A stretch of 64,000 nucleotides of DNA from an uncultured Pseudomonadales bacterium (lineage in GTDB: Bacteria > Pseudomonadota > Gammaproteobacteria > Pseudomonadales > CANNCY01), in the NCBI GenBank assembly GCA_947503335.1, contig CANNCY010000004.1:258305-322304 (forward strand), given 5' to 3'. Shown here one piece after another: positions 43,301 through 52,300 of the stretch; the stretch's first letter is position 1; the number at the start of each line of letters is the position of its first letter. Made by a program: the position numbers and the translations under genes. Below the pieces are notes generated by a model. It was not told where the DNA came from. It ran no database searches and worked only from the letters and a program-made list of their open reading frames with translations.

Positions 43301-46300
43301 GAGCCAACGCGCGCAGAGATGTCAAAGCTAAGCTCAATCGTATCACCGGCTTCAATATCAAGATTTTGATAAACGTTAGCTTCATCACCAACAGCCGCTT
43401 CAAGCTCCATTACCAAGCCACGATCGTCACCAACACCATAGACCCAGTCTTGGTTAACTTCGATACCACCGCTTTGGTTATCGGTTTGCCAGCCTTGCAG
43501 TACACCACCTTGAATATTGGCATCACCAAATTCGGCAACTGACATTTCGCCCAGCGCAACGGTTAACGAAGGCGCATCTGCGTCTGGTGTAATGGTGACG
43601 GCCGAATCGAAATCAGCAGTTACCGTGCCATCGTTGAGGCTAATCGTTAGATTTGCATCGCCACTGTAGTTTTCGGCAGGGGTGTATACCCAATCGCCGT
43701 CTTCATTTTGAGTAACAGAGCCATTGCCATCGGTTGCGGTGATATTGGTAACACTCAGTGCATCACCGTCAATATCAGAAGCATTAGCTAAAAGCTCGGC
43801 TTCAGTAATGACAATACTGTTGTCTTCAGTCAGTGCGAAGCTAGTTTCTGCAAGCACTGGTGTGTCATTTGCAGCAGCGACATCGATGTTGCCATGAACA
43901 TTGGTGGTAGCTGTGCCATCAGATAACGTAAAGCTGAATGGAACATCACCGTTGTAATCGCCTGTAGGGGCAAAATCAAAAGTACCATCGCCATTATCGG
44001 TAACCGCACCAAAGCTCGGGTCAATCGTTAGATTAGATGCGGTTAACTCATCGCCATCAATATCAGACGCATTTGCTAACAGATCGGCCTGGGTGATAGT
44101 GATCGTTGTGTCTTCAGTACCAACTAGATCAACGTCATCGCTAGTGGCCGCATCGTTCACTGCTTCGACGGTTGTAACATGCATCGCTTGCACTGTTTCA
44201 GTGCCGTCGGTTGCATCAAAGGTAAAGGCGAGGCTGCCATTAAAGTCGGCATCGGGGGTAACAGTAAAGGTACCATCGCCGTTATCTTGAATCGTTGCTT
44301 CGGTTGACCCCGGTGCTAGCTGCAAGTTACTCGCCGTAATGTCATCACCGTCGATGTCAGTAGCGTTGGCTAACAGATCATCTTGGGTGATGATTAGAGT
44401 GCCATCTTCGTTAACGGTGCTACCTGACACATCAACACTTGGGCCATCGTTAACTGCTTCAACGGTAACATCTAAAGTGTTGCTAACAGGGTCGCCGTTA
44501 CCATCACTAATGGTGTAGTCGATTTGAATATCGCCATTAAAGTTAGTACTAGGTTGATAGGTAAAGCTGCCGTCGCCGTTATCGATTAGGGTACCGTCGG
44601 CGCCATCTGCCAACGCTACAGATGAAACGCTGATAACATCGCCATCAATATCGTTTGCGTTGACCAACAGGTCGGTATTGGTGAATGTATAGCTGCCGTC
44701 TTCTTGCATGGTAGCTGACAATGGGTCGCCAGCTGTCGGCAAGTCATTGACGTTGGTTACTTCAACATTGATCGTGCCTTGCGCTGTGCCGCCATTACCG
44801 TCGTCAATGGTATAGGTCACAGGCATCGTGCCAACAAAGTCGTCGTTACCTGTAATCGTATAGGTGCCGTCGCCATTGTCGACGAAGGTACCATCGTCAC
44901 CCTCGTAGGTCATGTTGGTAATGGTTAGGGTGTCGCCATCAATGTCGGATACAGGCAAAATATTAATAAGCTGTGCAGGGTCTACCACAACCGATGCTTC
45001 TTCGGCTTGACTAACGGCAACCACGTTAGCGATTTCAGGAATGTCATTGACGGGCGTTACCGAAATATCGACAGCGCTTTCAACGACCGAACCATTGCCA
45101 TCGCTAATATCGAATGTTAGATCAAGATCGCCATTAAAGTTGGCGTCAGGTGTAACAGTAAAGGTACCATCTCCATTATCGGTAACCGTAGCATTATCCC
45201 CTGCATTTAGGTTCGATGCAGTAAGATCATCGCCGTCAACATCACTCGCATTAGCCAATAGGTCTTCTTGAGAGAGTGTGATCGAACCGTCTTCATCGAT
45301 GCTGGCGGTAACTGGTGCGCCAGCATCAACTTCAGAGTTTACGCCGCTAACAGTGATAGTTGCAGTCGCTGAATCAGTAGCTCCATCTTCATCCACGATC
45401 ACGTAATCAATAGTGACATCGGCCTGTTCATCGACCGATAGCATGGTGAAGTTTTCGTTTGGCGTGAATTGAATTTGTTGATCGGTTTCGCCAGTAGGGG
45501 CAGTGAATTCAGGATTTGCCCAAACTAAATGATCGTTATCTTTAGTGCCATTTGAGTGCACTAGCAACGTAAGCGTAGAGCCTCCTGTAACATCAATATC
45601 GACAATACCTCCATCACTATTAGCCGTTACATTGGCCTGATCGAATACGCCGACTCCATCAACACGCACTGAAACATTCACCAACCCAGAGCTAGTCATT
45701 CCAAGAATGGAGCTAAAGTTTGTAGCACCCTCAGGGATTTCAAAGGTAGCTGTTGATAGCCCATCGCCAGGATGCATACCTATGCCACTATCATAGTTTT
45801 CACCATTGATAATGATGTTGTGGCCTGCCGACCAGCTATCGTCTTCAAGCAGCGTGCCGCCATATAGATTGCTGGTTGAGGTTGCATCAGAAGCGTTCAG
45901 CTCAACCTGACCCATCACCGGAATGTCAACGATTTCTGCGGTACCGACTTCAACACCATTGAGCATTACCGTCTCATCGACCGATTGTATCGATACATCA
46001 GACTCAATATCTGAATCATTGGCGAGTACATCGATTAAGATCGTTTCGCCTTCATTAGCTGTAGCAGAATCATCAACCGCTACAGGGCCATCATTTACCG
46101 CGGCAACCGTTAAGCTCGCCCCAGATTCAACCACGCTGCCTTCTTGGTCAGACACACTGAAGCTAATGTCTACGTCGCCATTGAAGTTTTCATCGGGTGT
46201 AACAACAAATGATTTATCACCAGTGTCAGGATCAATCACTGTATTGAAGCTAGCGTTAGGAATTTGTAGGTTAGTAACGATCAAATCGTCTGAATCGATG

Positions 46301-49300
46301 TCGCTCGCATTACTAAGTAACGCCGCCTCAGTAATGGTAAATTGGGTGTCTTCGGTTGCGTTAAACGTTGGTTCATTGTCTACATCAATCACAACTGCAT
46401 CGTTAACATCTTCAACCGTAAAGGTAAGATCTGAGGAAGCTGATGCGGTATCACCATTCGCCCCTTCTTCTGAAGTGGCGGTAACTTGCAGCGTAACATC
46501 TCCTGCAAAGTTTTCAGGTGTAGTGATAGTAATTGACGACATGTTCCAATCAATCACGTCGACACTGTCACTATCAGCAGTTGCGGTAAAGGTGTTGGTA
46601 CCATCAGTAAGAACTGCACCTTCAGGAATCGATTCTACTTCAATTGATTGCATCGATTCTGAGCCATCGGTATCGACCAGTGCGGCATCAATGTCCAAGC
46701 CAATTGCCGTTTCTTCTTGCGTAGCTGTCGGCGCAGAGATACGAATAACATCAAGTACTGCACCGCCGCCGTTGTGTGATGGCGAGTCTAGCTCAAGTCG
46801 CGGATTGTCAGTGGTCGCTGTCAGTGTGTAGGTGTGGGATTCCCAACCGACTTCTGGCAAGATTGAATCGATCAGTTGCCCTTCAAAATAGACATCGACC
46901 TGAGAATCTGCGCCGGCAGAGCCAACGCGCGCAGAGATGTCAAAGCTAAGCTCAATCGTATCACCGGCTTCAATATCAAGATTTTGATAAACGTTAGCTT
47001 CATCACCAACAGCCGCTTCAAGCTCCATTACCAAGCCACGATCATCACCGACACCATAGACCCAGTCTTGGTTAACTTCGATACCACCGCTTTGGTTATC
47101 GGTTTGCCAGCCTTGCAGTACACCACCTTGAATATTGGCGTCGCCAAACTCTGCTACTGACATCTGTTGTAACGATACAGTTAACGACGGAGCGTCGGCG
47201 TCAGCATCGATTGTCACTGGCGAATTAAAATCGGCTGTGGTGGTGCCGTCACTCAGAGTGATAGTTAAGCTGGCATCGCCGCTGTAGTTTTCAGTAGGGG
47301 TGTAGACCCAGTCCCCATCACCGTTTTGCGTAACACTGCCATCTTGGGTTGAGATATTGGTAACGCTAAGCGCGTCACCGTCAATATCAGAAGCATTAGC
47401 TAAAAGCTCGGCTTCAGTAATGACAATACTGTTGTCTTCAGTCAGTGCGAAGCTAGTTTCTGCAAGCACTGGAGTGTCATTAGCAGCCGCGACATCAATG
47501 TTGCCATGAACATTGGTGGTAGCTGTGCCATCAGATAACGTAAAGCTGAATGGAACATCACCGTTGTAATCGCCTGTAGGGGAAAAATCAAAAGTACCAT
47601 CGCCATTATCGGTAACCGCACCAAAGCTCGGGTCAATCGTTAGATTAGATGCGGTTAACTCATCGCCATCAATATCAGACGCATTTGCTAACAGATCGGC
47701 CTGGGTGATAGTGATCGTTGTGTCTTCAGTACCAACTAGATCAACGTCATCGCTAGTGGCCGCATCGTTCACCGCGTCTACCTGCAGATGAACTGTCGCA
47801 TCTACCGAAGCAGAACCATCATTGACAGTTGCGGTTAAATCAATATCACCGTTAAAATTTTCACTAGGCGTAAAGCTATAGGTACCATCACCGTTATCAA
47901 CAAGGGTACCGTCGTCACCTACGTACGAAACCGCTTCAAGGGTTAAGTCATCGCCATCAATATCGGTAGCTTGAGAGATGATATCGTCAGCGGTTAATAC
48001 GATAGTGGTATCTTCATCCATCGTATAGGTTGGGTCAGGAAACGAAGGTAAATCATTTACAGCAGCAACATCAATCGCAGCCGTCGTAGTTGAAATATCT
48101 ATACCATCACTAACAGAAACATTGAGGGAAATTTCACCGTTAAAGTTAGCGTTTGGTGTGAAGGTAAAGGTGCCGTCATCATTATCTACTAATGTGCCAT
48201 CGTCACCCGTATATTCAACATTATCGATAGATAAATCATCACCATCGATGTCAGAACTGTTGGCAAGAAGTTGCGCATCACTGAGCGTAATGACACCGTC
48301 TTCATTCATGCTAAACGATGTCGATCCAGCAATCGGTGCATCATTAACTGCAGTAACATCTACGTTGATTGTCGATGCTGTAGTCTCGGTACCATCGTCT
48401 ACAACAAAATCGAGAACGACGTCGCCATTAAAATGTTCGTTCGGCGCAAAACTGTAGGTGCCATCGCCATTGTCTGCAAATACACCGTCTTCACCTGAGT
48501 AACTTACCGAGTCGATACTGTGCGTATCTTCATCATCAAAGTCTTCAACATTGGCAAGTAGGTGTTCATCGGTAAAGGTAAGTGTGCCATCTTCGTTGAC
48601 AACTACATCATGGGTGTCAACAATCGCCGCATCGTTTACTGCCGTAACGCTTAGGTTTAATGTGCCAGCGATTGTTCCAGTGCCGTCATTAATGTCATAG
48701 CTAACCGTTAGCTCGCCGTTAAAATGCGGATCAGGTAAAATACTAAAGCTGCCATCACCGTTGTCAGTGACCATCGCATTGGCCACAACTAAGTTGTCAG
48801 CCGTTAGGTTGTCACCGTCTATATCAGATGCATTGGCGAGTAGGTCGTCTTGGCTAAGGGTAATGCTAGTATCTTCTGCAGTGGTCGCGCTTACATCATT
48901 AGTGACAGGTAAGTCATTTACTGCATTAACTGTAAGATCTGCATTACCTTCAATAACACGATCACCATCAGTAATATCAAAGGTAATACCGATTTCGCCA
49001 TTGAAGTCAGCATCTGGAGTGATCGTAAAGGTGCCATCGCCATTGTTGGTTAGCGTAGCGTCACCTGTAATGGCAAGATTACTCGCCGCTAAACTGTCGC
49101 CATCGGCATCGGTAGCGTGGGTTAATAGGTCAGCTTGAGTTAGTGTTATTGCGCTGTCTTCGTCTACAGACACAGCCAAGTTTTGATTAACTTCTGGCGT
49201 CGAGTTTGTGCCTTGCATCTTAAATACAACATTGGCTGTATCGGTAGCGCCATGTTCATCGGTGATCGTGTAGGTAAACTGTGCGGTTTCAAACTCGCCA

Positions 49301-52300
49301 AATTCCAATGCGGCGGCATCAGAGTCAGGCATAAATTGAACCTGTTCAACACCGTCGATTTCAACAACGTTTAACGTACCCAGAACGGTTCCGTCAGCAT
49401 TCACCACATCAGACAGGCCGGTAATGCTGAAACTGTCACCGTCGATATCAAAATCGTTAGACAATACATCAAAATTGGTAATCACATCATCGGCAGCAAT
49501 AGTACTGCCTTCTAATGATTGGCTAACTTCAGGGTTGCCAGTGATTACTGGCGACTCGCCAATAATATGCGCGTTGCTGCCCTCGACAACAAACTCTGAA
49601 CCCTCTTCAAACTGCATTCTAAACTGCGGCTCAACGCCTTGGGTTGTCTCTAAGGTATCGCCCCGCATTAGTGCATCAACATCATCTTGGGTTGCGCTGA
49701 TGTTGGTGTAGGTTTGAAAGTCGCGAATTTCACCGGTCATGTCGCCGGCCATGTGAGAGGTACCTAGGGTCATCGCTGAAGACCAGTCAAAGTCTGATTG
49801 CGATAGATCGCCTGACGCAGCGAGCTCGCCGTCGATATAAATCTGGTTGCCACCATCGCCTAAGCTATAAACGACATGGTGCCACTCGCCATCGGCAAGA
49901 TCGCCAACGTTGGTAGTGGTGTAATCGTTCTGGCCAGATGAGTCCCACGTGTAAGCAACCATATCGCCGTCTTCATTTAAATAAAGATCGCGGTCGTTAC
50001 CGTTGCCTGGGTCAATGATACCGAACAAACCTTGCGGGCCCTCAGCGTCTGGCTCAATTTTGAACCACATTGAGGTGACCTGACCATGAATGTCATTGTT
50101 GCCAACATTCAACTGCAGCGAGTCATCACCATCAAGCACCAAGCTGCCGACGTTGCCATCGTTAGAGGCAACAGGATTATCGTTTACAGCATTAACAGTT
50201 ACGTCTAGGCCTGATTGAACTAAGTCTGTACCATCAGAAACGTTCATGGTGAAGTTCAGTTCACCATTAAAGTTTTCATCTGGAGTAATCGTATAGCTAC
50301 CATCACCATTGTCAGTTAGGGTAGCGTTCTCTACACCGGTTAGTGACGCGGTTAAACTATCACCTTCTATATCACTCGCGTTCGCTAGTAGATCAGCCTG
50401 AGTAAGCGTGATGGAGCCGTCTTCATCAAGCGTTACGGTGACGTTACCAGAAACATCGGCAGCGTCGTTGGTTGCTGCTATATCGAGGGTCGCACTTGTG
50501 CTAGTAACATCAGTACCATCGTTTATTTCATAATCTAACGTAACTTCACCGTTGAAGTTTTCATTAGGGTCAAAACGATAGGCGAGTGTTGTATCGACGT
50601 CACCGTTGGTAGTAACACCTGATTGGCCAGTTGCATCGATGATCTCGCCGTTTTCAACGCGCAGGTCAAAGGCCATGTTCGCTGCCACTGTTGATAGGTC
50701 GGCTTCTGCTTCAAGCGATGCATCATCGACCCTTTCATAGGCCATTGAAAAGTTTAAAAGCTCGGCGTTCGATGTAGCCTGTGTTGAATCAAAGCCACCA
50801 CCATAGGTGTCTTGCTCTTGACCAAGAATAACTAAGCCATTCGCAGGTATGGTAATGCCTTGTTGCAGTGTGTCGGTGCCTACAAGCTCGCCATTATCGA
50901 AGACTTTCATAACGCCATCTTCGGCTGACCAGCTAATTGAAATATGGTGGGGCTGGCCGTCGTTAAGATCGAGTGATCCAAACATCGCCGAATCAGTGTT
51001 GCCTACATCTAACCCTAAGCCACCATCAGAATTGCGAACGTATACATTGAGCATATTATTGCCCGCATCTGAGGTCGCTGCACCAAACAGGTTTTCAATA
51101 CCACCGCTATGAGCACCGGTCGAGGTATAGGTGAAATCAAGCGTGAACTCATCATAGCTCTCTAAGGTTTCATCAAGACGAACCTGGCCATCGGTACCAC
51201 CGCCAAAGGCAATGCTACCTGATTCGGTAAGGGTGCCGTCGTCGCCGGCATAGCTGACATTTTGTACGCTGAGATCATCACCCTCAACATCGGTAGCGTT
51301 CGCCAAAAGGTCGGAGTCGGTGAAATATACAGCGCTATCTTCGCTACCAGCGATAGTTGGCTCGCCGCCAACGGCTGCGTCATTGACTGCTGCTACATCA
51401 ATAGTTAGGTTGGTACTAGTAGAATCAATGCCATCAGACACATCGTAGCTAAAGCTAACCTCTCCATTAAAGTCTTGTGCGGGAGTAAAACTGAAGGTGC
51501 CATCGCCATTATCAACGATCGTGCCCATATCAGGATCATCGAGTGTTAAGTTCTCGGCGACAAGATCATCAGGATTATCTACATCAGATGCATAGGCAAG
51601 TAATTCATCTTGAGTAATGATGCGTGTTGAATCTTCGGTGCCTGTTAGTGACTGATCTTGAGATACTTCAGGCCCGTCGTTCACCGCCTGTACGCCAAAG
51701 GTGTAGGTTTCCTCTACGGTAGTGGTATCAAAGTCCTCTACAGGTGCTGCGTCTTCTACAACATCGACAGAGAATGTTTCCTCAGTTGTTTCAGAATCGA
51801 AGCTCTCTTTGGCGTCACTTAATGATTCCTCTGCCCCCTGTGCAACCCCGCTATCTGCGGCTTTTGGGTCAACTACGTCGGTGCCTGACTTGCTACTGGT
51901 TTCGCCTGATTCTGCATCACCACCAACGGCCTGAGCGCCTACATCGTCGCCACCGCCGTCTTCAGCACTAGCCTGGTCGCCCGCGTCAGAAACGCCGCCC
52001 TCTACAACACCAGATTGAGATTCTGACGATCCGCTAGAGTCACCGCCACTAGACCCACCGCTCGATCCCTCAGAGGAGTCACCCTCACCAGACTCATCTC
52101 CAGCAGATCCAGACTCTCCGTCATCTGATGATGCTTGAACAGAATCATCCATTCCTACATCGCCCGAAGCAGCGGTATTGGCAACAGTGCTCGTCGTATT
52201 CTTATTCTGCTCTTCCGCTTCAGAGCTCGATTCGGCACTACCGTCGTTTACTGATTGCTCTACCGCGTCGTTGAGAGGGTTTTCATTGTTTGGATCTTGC

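Larger units (their letters stand above)
31804..51687 (-). repeat. Array of VCBS / tandem-95 / cadherin-like beta-sandwich repeats (about 38-40 canonical plus about 10 variant units by manual count) interrupted by lectin-like modules
   Basis: Manual count of the DNGDG[ST][FYW]...P...[FY]xG...DG signature along the translated ORF. The count is approximate. Confidence 0.8.

Noticed and set aside
31387-51971. Dozens of plus-strand ORFs (60-302 aa, for example 45923-46831, 42758-43213, 40109-40585, 37049-37507) and out-of-frame minus-strand ORFs inside the giant gene, many rich in Ser/Val/Thr/Ala/Pro.
   Set aside because: They lie antisense to or out of frame with a 20,973-nt ORF that has coherent domain structure. 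Their openness follows from the GAT/GAC/GGT/ACC-rich codon usage of the sense strand. Pairs such as 43258-43542 and 46876-47160 merely mirror the sense-strand duplication.
52165-52176. TAAS motif (aa 49-52), reminiscent of the (T/A/P)AA(G/V) LapG cleavage site of LapA-like adhesins.
   Set aside because: The fourth residue does not fit. The motif sits in low-complexity sequence where it can arise by chance, and no LapG (C93-like cysteine protease) or LapD gene is present in the window.
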